A stretch of DNA of 64,000 nucleotides, taken from assembly GCA_964234715.1 (NCBI GenBank), contig OZ174282.1, one strand, 5' to 3'. Shown here piece after piece: positions 39,722 to 52,080 of the stretch. The translations under genes were made by a program, and so were the position numbers. Every line of letters begins with the position of its first letter. Within the stretch, counting starts at the first letter, position 1. Source of the stretch: Podarcis melisellensis. Its lineage: Eukaryota. Below the pieces are notes generated by a model that was not told where the DNA came from, made no database searches, and saw only the letters and a program-made list of their open reading frames with translations.

Positions 39722-40053
39722 NNNNNNNNNNNNNNNNNNNNNNNNNNNNNNNNNNNNNNNNNNNNNNNNNNNNNNNNNNNNNNNNNNNNNNNNNNNNNNN
39801 NNNNNNNNNNNNNNNNNNNNNNNNNNNNNNNNNNNNNNNNNNNNNNNNNNNNNNNNNNNNNNNNNNNNNNNNNNNNNNNNNNNNNNNNNNNNNNNNNNNN
39901 NNNNNNNNNNNNNNNNNNNNNNNNNNNNNNNNNNNNNNNNNNNNNNNNNNNNNNNNNNNNNNNNNNNNNNNNNNNNNNNNNNNNNNNNNNNNNNNNNNNN
40001 NNNNNNNNNNNNNNNNNNNNNNNNNNNNNNNNNNNNNNNNNNNNNNNNNNNNN
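39722..40053. other. N-run, 332 nt
   Basis: Directly visible. Confidence 0.99.
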
Positions 40054-40859
40054 AGCAGATAAATCTATAGGTGTTTTTTATTACCCCATTCCCAACCAGT
40101 TCCTCTCTCATATTGTAACATCAGTAATTGATTGCACACATTAATTAACATGTAAGGTAGAAATTCTGCATTATGCATGATTTATTTTCCTATCTAGTTA
40201 GTAGCATTGTCTGCCGACCTTGTGCTTCTAGGACATTGGACTCGATTTGGGTCCACACATAAATGCCAATGTTCATTCCCCCGAAAGTTATTAATGTCAG
40301 ATATGAAATGAGATTTTTGATTTCACCTGCTTACTAAACCACAAAAGCTGTTTTGAATGAGGCAGGCTTAAAAACACAGAAATCTGAAAATGATCAATTG
40401 CTATATCTGATAGCATGCAACTATGTTCATTAGATGTAATTTAGCAGGAGAGAGAATGGCAATACTTTTATAACAAGCCTGGGTCAAAAAATGGCTGTTA
40501 ATTAAACAAGTCATGAAAAATGGGCATTGTGCATAAAATGTCCACCAGATATCCCACTTTATGATGATAGAAACCTGACCTGACAGAATGCCAAGTGGTG
40601 TGATTTATTTTTTTGAACTAAATGTTAAACTGGAAAAGCTTCCCAATAATTTAATATTTTATGGTAAGAGATTAGCTAACTTATACATACATATACCAAA
40701 GTTCCACACCAGCTCTAATGTGCATCTGGCGTTTCTGCATTCGTAAATGGGACAAGTGTGAAGAGCTCTCCCCCACACTGAAGTGGACAGGGAAATCCTC
40801 ATGAAAGAGCTTGAATCATTGACTGAATGGATGCCTGTAGAAGCAGAACAACAGGCTAA

Positions 40860-40980
40860 AGGATAGATCTGGATCTAGCCACTGCAACATGTTTCTCACT
40901 CTTATCCAAGTTAGAATACTTCAATGTGCTTTGCATGGGGCTGCCTTGAAAGACTGCTCGGAAACTTCAGCTGGTGAATA
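40860..40980 (+). mobile_element. Short L2 ORF2 fragment
   Basis: Translates as SKLEYFNVLCMGLPLK/TARKLQLV (L2 SRLDYCN motif region). Confidence 0.75.
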
Positions 40981-42409
40981 ACCCAACAGCCTTTGCGTCG
41001 ACAGGTGCTGTTCACTATTTTGATCACACAAACACCAATGTGACATCATCATCTTTCCTTGACTGCTGATCCATTGCCTGATTTTCCAGAGGAAGTATGC
41101 CACCACCAGAGAGGAGGAGGCAGGTTTGCAAAAAAGCAAGGACAGACACCTTGCATATGCTAATTTATATGCATACACATTTAGAAACAATTCCTATAAT
41201 TTACATAGAAATGCAATACTTCTCACCATAGTGGGAAAGGCTGTGACCAGGAGACTTTGTCATTCTGCTGCCCAGGTACAAAGTACTGATGGTCCACTTT
41301 AAGGCCCTGCTCTCTCTTCTTAAGATATTTTTTTTTTGTTTATTTGTAAACCACATTTGAATCAGACAGTCCTTCAAACAGGGAACTTCTTCAAACAAAG
41401 GATGGTCATCTGACAGCCCTTCAATTAGAGGATTGCCATATATAAAACAGGACACATGGCCATCAGGGAGACACTTGGTAATTATTAATATATTTAGAGA
41501 ACTGCCTTGCACAGGGTGGCCCAGTGAGCTTCATAGCTTCCAAAAATGACTCAAAAGTTAGGAGAAAAGAATTAGAGCAAAAGAGTCAGAACAATGTAAC
41601 CAAAAAACTTTGTAACCCTCAGCCCATTGCTATATGCATCCCATGGACCAGTGTTATCCAATTAAATTACGAGGAGGGTGGAGTAACCTAAATGTAACCT
41701 TTTGGTTTTCACTCCCTCTGACCCATTGGCCTATTGAGAAACATAGTCGTAGGCATTATCTCAGTGTTGTTTACTTTTAAAAAAATGCTTTTAAACTGTG
41801 AGTTATTTCTAGACCAAATGTATCCAGCTTTTCCTTCTATCCATTGAGTTGCATTAAAGAGCCATCTGCTATCAGAATTTTTTGCATCCATGAAGGTACT
41901 TACCGACCACAATAATAATAAAGCAGAATGGTTTAGGTAAAAGAGGCTGAGAATTAGCTCTACATGCTCTGACTTTTAGCTCTTAAAAAGACTTTTTCGT
42001 CAATAGCATTTCGTAGGCATGTATTAGAGGGGAGGAATCTTAGCTACACAACTGCTGTTCAAATCAGTGGGAGTCAGGCAACCAAAAACGAATGCAGTGC
42101 TTTAAAGGAAAAACAACCGATACTTATTGCTCACATACAGTGGACACTTTTCAGACCTAAATATCTTACCCATTCTTACTGTTGTTTAGTTCCCACAGGA
42201 GGATCATTAGTTACTTTTATGGCTTTAATCACTTGCCAAATTTGACATTTCAAAACCAGGTCCCTTGCATTTTAAAAATGGTGTTTCGGGGGGGTGGAAC
42301 GACACTGAAGATGGAAACCAAAAGAGTAAGCAGCCATTTTTCTCTCAACACCAACCTTCCCAATCCTCCAGATTTTGGACCATCACTCTTGCTATCTTGA
42401 CCCATTCCA

Positions 42410-42930
42410 ATCAAGGTTTAGTCCTAGCTATGGATGGATGACCTTTATTGAGAGAAGGACAACCTGTTATTCCCACTGGATCTAGAAGCAGCTTTTGATG
42501 ACATTGACCATACTATACTACTCAACTAGCTCTGTCTGTGAGATGGGTATGGGGAGCACTGCTTTACAGTGGATCCAGTCCTAGCTCCAGGGTCAGTTAC
42601 AGAGGACAGCATTGGGTGATTATTTCTCAGCCACCTGTAATTTGTGCTGCAGAGTGCCATCCTGTCCCAAGTGATATTCAACATATAGATGAAGCCATTA
42701 GGAGTGGTCAGGGGTGAGGCATCATTAGTACACCAATATTATCCAGCTCTGTTTTTCTGTGACATCTGAATCAAGAGTAGCTGTACAAACCCTGGACCGG
42801 TGCCTGGACTCATTGGTGGTATTAGAGTCTGAATCCTGGCAACAGAAGATCGGTGGGTGGGTGGTTCCCAAGACCAGATAACTACCTACCTTGGAGAGGG
42901 TCATACTGCTCTTTGTACATGCCATATAAC
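42410..42930 (+). mobile_element. L2 LINE reverse transcriptase fossil
   Basis: Translates as LDLEAAFDDIDHTILL...GSTALQWIQS*LQG...IFNI*MKPLG (RT motifs DLSAAFDTIDH and LFNIYM), with stops and frameshifts. Confidence 0.85.
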
Positions 42931-43128
42931 AGTTCTGTCATCTTCAAACTTGGCTAAAAGTACTCACTTTGCTTTTTTCTAAAATGGCATGCCATTGTAT
43001 AACATGATGGTAGGGGCTCTTAGGTAAATCTGAGAGTGTCTATTGAGAATGCTGTCCAAAAATGTAAAATGTAGAAGCTTTGATTGTATGCCTTCAAGGG
43101 GTGGGGGGACACATTGGAAAGTCTATCT

Positions 43129-43459
43129 CAGGGGTCTGCAACCTTTAAGACAAAAAGAACCACTTGGACCCGTTTCTGAAGGGAAAAAAACTGGGAGCCG
43201 CAAAACCATTGCGACATTTAAAACAAATATATCTCCGGAGTCGCGATCTGACAGCGGGCGGGAAGGTGACGTCGGGAAGGTGCATGACTAACACACGCAC
43301 CGCCCCCATGCGACGTCACAGCCAGTACAGTGCCCGCCACAGTGGGGAGTGTTGGGGTGCACAATGTGCCTCCTCCCCTCGCTAGTATCCGCCCCGGAGC
43401 CGCGGCAAAGGTGTAAAAGAGCCACATGCGGATCCGGAGCCGCGGGTTGCAGACCCCTG
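43129..43459. mobile_element. Young hAT (Charlie-like) MITE, 331 bp
   Basis: Perfect 15-bp TIRs CAGGGGTCTGCAACC / GGTTGCAGACCCCTG; exact TSD GTCTATCT (43121-43128, 43460-43467); CpG-rich; GGAGCCGC subterminal repeats. Confidence 0.95.
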
Positions 43460-46206
43460 GTCTATCTCAAGACTTTTAAGACAAGGTGAGTCAATAAATA
43501 AAAATGAATAAACGAAAATAGAGCAGTCCCGGAATCTTCATTTTACTCTGGTGCTTTCCATATTAGTTGGCTAGCAAGATCCAGGGAAACTGAGGTAGCA
43601 GGGGACATAACCCTACAGCAAGTGTGAAACTGGGGTGTGCTTGGTCCACTGGGAGCCTCTCTAAGTTACCCTGAGCTTTTTCAAAGGAGAGAAGGATATA
43701 AGTAAAACAGACAAACTGTGCTATCTAGGTTGCTAGTTAAAACTGGGTAGGATTTAGTCTATGCCTACATAATACCGATCTCCATAATGCCATGCTGTAC
43801 TTTTCACTAGAGGCTGTTTTTTAGGCTCCCTCAGGATTCTAAATTTAGGGCTATTTTGACTACTAATGCTTGCTGAGTTCATTATTCCCACACCATGCTG
43901 AATCTGGAGGGATTTTCATTAAAAGTGTTTAATAAAATATGTGGCTTCCCACCCATTATTTACATATTTTCTTATTGGTCCTGCTCTCCTTTCCATTTTT
44001 CCCTCTTCGCACTCTAGCTGAAAACAGCATCCCACTTACTTTGGAGGAGTCCACTGAAATCAAAGGTTCCATTCTAGAAAAAGTGGGCTGTGGATTGTGG
44101 CCTCTGTGGTTTTAAATATAAAGCTACTAATAAATCCTCAAAATCCAGCAGCATAAGATACTCATTACAGGAAAACCAAAAATCTGTAGTGATGGTGTTT
44201 ACATCACCACATTTTTTTATTAAAACAAGCAGCACACACAAACAAAATGGAAGAAGCGTGTTTGTTATTGGTTTTCAAATAAGCTTCCAATATGATGGTT
44301 AAAATTTGATCATAAGCTAAGGGGAAAGTTCTTTTTGCCATCTTTTTTTTATTTGGGGAAGGCAAAAGAATTGTTCATATAAGTTTGAAATGTCTCATTG
44401 TCTAAAGAAAGGCAATTCATTGTTCACTTTCTGAGACACAAAGGTGCCATTGTCCTCAATCTTATTCTCTCACACCAGAATATCCTACTGTTCATTTTTT
44501 TAAAAAAAAACCAACAACATAAATGACAACAAAAAATTCAGCTACTCTATAATCATGGATCTTTATGCTTAGCCAAATTCCTTTTTCAACTATATTAGCT
44601 TCTTGATTCCCATTACCATCTGAATAGTCCTGAAACAAAATGGCTTGTTTGCATGACCAGGAATACCCAAGATTGTTTCAAAAGCAGTTGGCTCCAGTTT
44701 ATTATCCCTGTCTACAAGGAATTACAGTTGCTTCAGCCACAGATGAGCATTTGTCTTGGGACATTTTCAGGTCACTGTTTTCACAGAAGGTAATTGGGGG
44801 TACGGTTCAGAATATTATGGACCAGTGATAACAGCTCAGGTAGAAGAGAAAGATTGAATAATTGCTCATCTCTGAATTTAAATATGTTGAGTTAACTCCC
44901 TAGATTTATGAGTTCTTTAAATTTCCTTCTCCTACAAACAGCCTATAGTTCACCTTTAAACACATAATAAAGCTGGTGACCAAAGTGAGCTCAAGGCTTG
45001 TTGTGGCAAGAAAAATTAATATGTAAAGTGTCCAACCTCTCGTTCTTTATTCTGCTTAATCATCATCAACAACACTACCAGTATTATTTTTTAAAAAACC
45101 ACATCTGCACAAGAAATACCAGTTTTACCTAAGCACTGGCAGTACATAGTCTACATCCTATAACCCCATGGCATGGAGTGTTTCCACTGTCCATTCTTTT
45201 GCAAATCATTTTATATAAGACTTAATCTTTTATTTGAGGATGTTTATGAGGGATTTGCCAGTGAACGCAATAATTGCATATTTAAATATTTAGGACAAAT
45301 GACAGGATCCGATTTTGTTTTATTAAATTCTTCATATCCTATGACTATGGGAGAAAAGAGAAAAGAGCTAATTGTTGTGCAGACAAAAGGCAGACTGGTT
45401 TCCACCCTTGGTATCTCCAAACATAATATCTGAAGCAAAGGGGCTAAGCATGAGAGCTGAAAGAGTCACAGCTAGTAAGGCACAATGATACTGGTCTATA
45501 GGGACTATTATGAAGCTGCCTAGCGTGCAAATCTCAGAGGGACGCAGTACTGACCTTGGAGGGACACAGTTTTATACAGATTATTTTTCATTGTATCTTA
45601 TACATTTCTGATAATATTTTGCTTTTATTTTATATTTTGAAAAAAAAATATCATTTTTGAAGTAATTCATATATTAGAATTGGGGGTTTTTTATGTAAGA
45701 GTGAGACTGGAGTGAGATTGGAGATTATGTAATATACATAAAAAGTGAAAATGCACTTTATTTTAAATCTTATAGCCACATCTTAATCTTATGTAGAAAA
45801 TGTATTCATTTCAGTGGTGAGCTGTGGCTGATAAAAAAAAATGACCATCTGGAGTTCAATACTCCAATACAAAAAAAGCAAAGGAGCAAGCGAAGCAAGA
45901 AGGGTTCTTCCTGAAATACCTTTCTACACAGAAAGCAACAGAAGAGCATGAATATGACTATACTGTTGTTGAAACTAGCACTGAAGAAGCTGAATGTGGC
46001 GTTCCTGCTATATATGATATAAAAGCTAAGACAAAAGTTTCACAAAGCCAAGATGTTTCTGAAAAACACACAGACGAAAAAGAGGATGCCAAGAAAAGTG
46101 AGATTACTACAGTCTGCAAACAAGGATGGTACTGTGCCTGACTTGAATTACCCTGCTAGCTGGCCTAACTATTGCAGTGACAAATTGTGACATCTTATAA
46201 TACAAC

Positions 46207-46380
46207 TGTGTTTCCGTGCGCTGCTCTGGTTCGCCAGAAGCGGCTTAGTCATGCTGGCCACATGACCTGCAAGCTGTCTACGGACAAACGCCAGCTCCCT
46301 CGGCCAGTAAAGTGAGATGAGCGCCGCAACCCCAGAGTCGTCCACGACTGGACTTAACAGTCAGGGGTCCCTTTACCTTT
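46207..46380 (+). mobile_element. 5'-truncated Sauria SINE
   Basis: 3' half of a Sauria SINE ending CCCTTTACCTTT; TSD TTATAATACAAC (46195-46206, 46379-46390). Confidence 0.93.
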
Positions 46381-46462
46381 ATAATACAACATGGACCACA
46401 GCAAGTTGTCTCACATGATTTTCCCAAAGACTAAAAAAAACAAAAGACTTCCTCCTGTATAT

Positions 46463-46810
46463 GATTATTATTACTTATTAAATTTGCATACTACCCTTCA
46501 TCCAAAGATCACAGGGTAGTTCACAACATAAAAATATAAAATGAGAACATAAAACACGTAATAAAATAAAACCAAACCAATAGTTCCCCCCAAATTCATT
46601 TAAAAGGCCATAGAATGTAAATCAACTGACCTAGTTACAGAAAATTAGTTTTCACCTGGTGCCTAAAGATATGTAATGAAGGTGCCCAGTGAACCAACAC
46701 AGAAAAGACCCATTCTCATATTGCCACCTTCTGGACCTCTTGTGGAGGAGGCAAATGAGGAAGAACTTCAGATGATGATTGCAGGGTCCAGGTTGGTTCA
46801 TAAGTGGAGA
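46463..46810 (-). mobile_element. L2 LINE 3' end inserted in the transposase fossil
   Basis: ATTATTATTACTTATTAAATTTG.ATAC..CCCTTCATCC.AAGATC.CAGGG..GTTCACAACATAAAA tail, then TTCACCTGGTGCCTAAAG..ATGTAATGAAGGTGCC. Confidence 0.75.
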
Positions 46811-47386
46811 GGTGAAGAAATGTGCCATCAGTGGTTGATATATTCAAGCTCAAAATATGTGGGGGGGGGGGTTGTGTGTGTGTTTTTGCTTGTGTGTTTT
46901 TGCTGCAAGTTGTTCAACAACAACTAAAAGCTGCATCAACACTACAAGAAACAGGTTCAAAGGAGTGGAAGAACATTGGAGCAATGCTGTCTTCACAGGA
47001 GAGGAATACTGACCATTTAGAAAACTATCAGATTTGGGGAGAAACTTGAATTGTGCTTATCTAAAGGAAAAACAATTGATGGTATTAACCAGCAGAAAAT
47101 TAGGCAAGAAGAACAATATTAGTGACAAATCTTGGAATGCTTGATTGCTTTGCTCAGAGTTCTTGGCATGCAAAACTTGGCATTGTGTTACAACTCAAAA
47201 GTTGTACAATGCTAGCAATGGCTTCGTTTTTCAGTTTGTAAAATATCTAGCCCTTTTCGACCATATAATGAATGAACATTTGCGCAGATCAAGAAAGAAT
47301 GGCTCACTTCCTAGGAAAAGGTATCCAAAACGAGCTTATACAGCTTCTAACAGGTGCTACAAAGCAGGAGGTTTTAAAGAAGACTA

Positions 47387-47748
47387 GGGGACGCGGGTGG
47401 CGCTGTGGGTAAAACCTCAGCATCTAGGACTTGCCAATCGCATGGTTGGCGGTTCGAATCCCCACGGCGGGGTGAGCTCCCATCGTTTGGTCCCAGCTCC
47501 TGCCCACCTAGCAGTTCGAAAGCACAATTAAGTGCAAGTAGATAAATAGGTACCGCTTTCTAGCGGGAAGGTAAACGGCGTTTCCATGTGCTGCTCTGGT
47601 GCCGGTTCACCAGAGCAGCTTCGTCACGCTGGCCACGTGACTCAGAAGTGTCTGCGGACAGCGCTGGCTCCCGGCCTCTAGAGTGGGATGAGCGCACAAC
47701 CCTAGAGTCTGTCAAGACTGGCCCATACGGGCAGGGGTACCTTTACCT
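47387..47748 (+). mobile_element. Full-length Sauria SINE (Squam1; lacertid POM-like)
   Basis: tRNA-derived head GGGACGCGGGTGGCGCTGTGGG with B box GGTTCGAATCC (47451-47461); core GTGCAAGTAGATAAATAGGTACCGC; tail ending ACCTTTACCT. Confidence 0.95.
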
Positions 47749-50700
47749 AGGTGCCTTTACGACAGAAACTCTTCTTGGACTGCTTGAGCAGTTGGAATTA
47801 CTAATTGAGAATCTGTGTGACCAGGGCTATGATAATTATCTTATTTATTCACTCTTTGTCCTCCCAACCCCTGAAGTCGATTTCTCATGTCCCTCCCAAA
47901 AACAACTCACCAGGTCATGTTCTCTTCCTTGCGTCAAATAAGCTTCTTTTTGTTGCCACTTTAAGAATGTAAGAGGGAGCTTGTTTTTAAAGGACAGGTC
48001 AAGTACAAATCAAATCTGTACTCCAGCTGCCTGCAGTTTTACTCATCTGAGTAAACTGCTCTTGAAAGCAATACGCCTTGTCATTGCTGTTGGGACAAAT
48101 TACACTGGCCTTAGATTCTGATGCCTTTGTCTGAACACTTTGTGACTTTCAGCTCGTTCTGGGTGATGGTGCAGGCACAGCAAGTTGCGCAAACCAAGCT
48201 CCCCATTTTTACACAGATCAGTTAAAACTAGATGAATTAGATGGCAGCAAGAAAAATGTGTGTAAATAAAATAAATGCTTGGTTACATGGACGATTTCAC
48301 AACCAGCATGCTACATTTTTTCCTTTTTTAAAAAACATTAGATTACCGCTAAAATGGTTCCAATTCAAGATCAGGAAAGATAAACACTTTTTTGATTAAA
48401 AATAAAGCGGTAGAGTAATTTGATTATAGTTAGAATCAGATACTACATTCTGGAGGAGAACAATGTCTTTGAAACTATACAACTCACCGGCTGCATAACT
48501 GTGATTTGCACATTTAAAATGATAAATTTAAGGCTATCAATAGTAAATCAATTGCAGGTAGAGCAGATAAAACTGGAATAATTCATCATATTGCTATATT
48601 GAAAACACAAAGAGGACAGAGAAATAATGGAAGGTTTTGACTTTAATTTCAAATCTGGTTTTAGGTTTTTCAAGGACAATCCTTTCTGCAAAAGTTTAAC
48701 ATATACGTAACAATAATCCATCAGCACATCTGATCCAAATATACTAATGATTTTTATTGGTCAGATCTTGAAAGCAAAGTTTATTTTAATAGAGTATGCA
48801 TTAATTAACCCAACATGTACTATCTTTCAGCATATCTGGCCAAGTACTTTCATTTACACATGTTTATTGTGAAATGTTTGCATTCCCAACATTTGAAGCC
48901 CACACACAGATTATTTCATTCTTTTAGAGCACTTTGCAAAAGTTAAAAGAAGTTATTGTTTTTGATTAATACGTCTTTTGGAAAAAAATGTTCCAAAGAC
49001 CAGATGCTTAGAAGAAACACATTCTTCATTAAAACATCAGAGCTGCATTCATATGAAAATGAAGACCTTAAGCAGAAGTTAAACAGGGCTGACTTTTGAT
49101 CACTAGGTATTCCACAGAGCATGAACTTTGTCCACTGTTGCACACAATTCACATAAGATTTTTTTTTAAAAAAAAACAACAACACATTTTAGCAACTGAT
49201 TTAATTGTATCATTTTGCATGTATACCCACAGTAGATTCACAGATATGTGGAGTGGTGTGTTACAGATGGGAGTTCTAAAGCTGTGGTTGTCATCTTTTG
49301 ATTAAGAAAAGGAAATGATTTCACTAAAAAGACATTCTCTCTTGTGTTGTTTTGTTTTAACTTAGTTTGTACTTTCCACCAAACTGGACATATTTATTGA
49401 GTCTCATAAGTTACTTCACGGTTACCAACATCACTGTAATCTCAACAAACTATCTTTTTTCTTGCCAATTATCTAAATATCATAACTATAAAATATCTTA
49501 AAACATTCTCTGTAGTGTAAACATCTTAGCTACAAACTCTTAAGTGTAAACAGTATGATGCATCAGAATGATGTTAAGCGATGTTATAAAAACTGCTCTT
49601 AAAAACTAAACAAAAATGTTAAGCTTCCATCTGGTTTATGATTTTTCCACTGCAGAACTGCTGCTGTGTGCCAGTTTACTGAACCATGGCTTGCTAAAGA
49701 GATTGCTGGGGTCACAGAGAGAGAGAAAACAAAGAGGAGGACTTTAATGCTTGAGTTTTTCTCTTTTTCTCTTGTGTCACCCTGACACATCTCAGAAGAA
49801 ATTAAGGGTACAACACAGCATATATTACATTTTAATAGTTTCAGGTTTTCTGTTGAAAGGATAAGCCTTTGCACAAAGGTGTCATTTAAGTAATTGTGGT
49901 CAGCTCCTTTGTGGCAGTATACCTGTGTTGCCATAACCAAACCAAAACTACTTTGTGCTGTATGTACAGGGTTAAAAATAGACAGTAAACTGAAGATGGG
50001 GTGGGGAGGGGAGGGTAGTAACAACTCCCAGGCTCACTTTGAAAGCCCTTATTTGAGTCGAAGGGAATATTAATATAGAAATCCTGAGGAGTTTTCCACT
50101 GATCCCAAAGACTAAGGGAATCCACATAGCGTATTAAACTTTTCTACAGGGAGTTGTTAGAAGCAAATGTGATGCTTAAATAGTTTCAGGCAGAGAAATT
50201 GATTATCTAATGGCCTGATCCTAAGGCTTGCTGTGCTAGGGAATAAATCCATAGGTTGGGAGGGGCTGGCTGCTGTGCCTGTGCAGAATCACAGACCATG
50301 ACACTGTTTCAGCGACATTACTCAGCATGGCAGGCTACTATGCCAGTGCAAACATTTAGGACTGGTTTGCCAAGCAAGTATGTTGCAACTGTAGGGCTAT
50401 AAGGAGCTCCGATTTCAAACCTGGGACTCTAGAAGCTGGACCTGACTTACTGCACCACTGCCATCTGTCAGAAGAGAGCATTGCTGAGCAGTTCTCTGTT
50501 GCCCTACTGCAGGTGGTCAAAAAGCTGCAACACCAACAGGAGTCAGGTGATGCAAGGGACCAATGGGGTTCCTCATGGACCTTTAAAGCCTGTTGGTTTG
50601 CCTCCGGGTCTCCTGGCAGTGGAGACATGAGGATACTTGAGCCATACTTCTTAGTTCCAAAGTAGTCACATTAACTTAGGGCCTCTTCACTAACTTTGAA

Positions 50701-52034
50701 GAAGGTCAGAGTGAATTATGGAAAAGAAGCATTCTCCCTACCCCATAAGATAATAGCCATGTCCTGACATAAACAATGGCTAGCCATGCAGGAGTGAGCA
50801 TCCATAGCATCCATTTCAATTCTCCCCACTCTTCCTGATGGCTCATGCCGAGAGGAAAACAAACATGATCCCCAGCTTAACATGACATCTGAAATGGGTT
50901 TGTGGTTTGCTTTGCTCCCAACAAACCACAAAATATAGCCAAGGTTTGTTCTTGATTCACTGACACTGGTTTTATGGGGCAAAATACACTATGATCTCTG
51001 GCATGAACCTATCACTAAGTCAGGAACCATGGTTAGGTTTAGCATGAGCTGAAAGGTGCTGCGAGGAGCAAGGAGGTGGGAGCAGGTACCATTTCATTTG
51101 TGCATGGAAAGGCATTGTTTGTACTTCCCTATGGGATATGAACACAGTCTATGTAATCTCTAAAACCCTTTTCATATGTTACACTGGATTTGGAAAGAGA
51201 ATTGTGTGCAGAAGTCTGCTCCCCCTCCATGTATTCAATAGACTGACTGATTAAAATATACAGGTACATCACTGTAAACATATAGAGTTCATCAATCTAG
51301 CAAGTATATCCATGTGCTTGCTTATGCCTTCAAAACTGTACCATGATGACTTTTCATTAAAACCAGGACTTCCGCTGCCTCCAGTGTAAGCAATTCATGT
51401 ATCAGACACTCTCATTCTCTCTCACACCCACCCTACATCTTACTTAATGTATGCCATTTCATTTCCAGATGCTCCTCACTGCAACTTACTTGGAAGTGGG
51501 AACTAGTTTGTTTCAATATCAAGCTCATAATAATGGAATGGTTTTCACAGGGTTTCCTCCAGATTTCATGTACCACAAAATGTGCATCCATTGTGTACCA
51601 AAAGAAGAGTTTATGTGGTAGAATCTTCTTATATCATAAGACCTGTCTGGCCTCAAAATTATTTTTTTGTCTTCCAAGAGGAAGAGGAAGGATACTGCTT
51701 TCATGGATCACATTTTTTTCCTGTTTGCAGTCTTTTAAAAGGCAGCATCTGCATAAGAAAGCTAGTTTTGTTCTCTTTTAACCAAGCAGAGGAATCATTG
51801 TACTTATGGAAATATTTATTTCTCTTTACACTTTTCCAAACTCAGAATTAATGTGGGCCCCCATCAACCTAATAGGCTAAGAACACATCAGACTACACTA
51901 GTGAAACACAGTGCAATATTGTCTTACCTGGAACATATAGAAAGTTGTGGTCTTAGTAGTCTGTACACATGATCAGGAGGAAAGATGTGATCTATGAAAA
52001 TCCTGGTTCAGACAAGAACTTAAAGCAGGTTGCT

Positions 52035-52080
52035 TAATCACTCTGCCTCAGTTTTCCCATCTGTGAAAACAGGAAATTAA
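52035..52080 (+). mobile_element. MIR CORE fragment
   Basis: CTCTGCCTCAGTTTTCCCATCTGTGAAA matches the CORE-SINE consensus. Confidence 0.6.

Larger units (their letters stand above)
45824..47836 (+). pseudogene. Fossil hAT transposase (TTF-type zinc finger plus DUF4371, ZMYM1-like), interrupted by two Sauria SINEs and an L2 fragment
   Basis: Collinear peptides: (V)ADKKK*PSGVQY..KAKEQAKQEGFFLKYL; DLNYPASWP..SDKL*HLIIQHGPQQ..DFPKD; GEEMCHQWLIYSSSK..VCFCCKLF; GSKEWKNIGAMLSSQER..HLENYQIW; QKLYNASNG..FVKYLALFDHIMNEHLRR; LGKGIQNELIQLL; GAFTTETLLGLLEQLELLIENLCDQGYDN. Confidence 0.88.

Noticed and set aside
39404-40144. Long ORFs spanning N-runs (also at 18.2-18.7 kb and 30.2-30.6 kb)
   Set aside because: Open only because N codons contain no stops.
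47387-47470. tRNA-like A/B boxes (also ~53650-53685 and ~62670-62705)
   Set aside because: SINE heads continuous with SINE bodies; not tRNA genes.
45824-47836. Possible host ZMYM1 gene or domesticated transposase
   Set aside because: Multiple stops, frameshifts, insertions and a deletion; no MYM zinc fingers. It is a transposon fossil.
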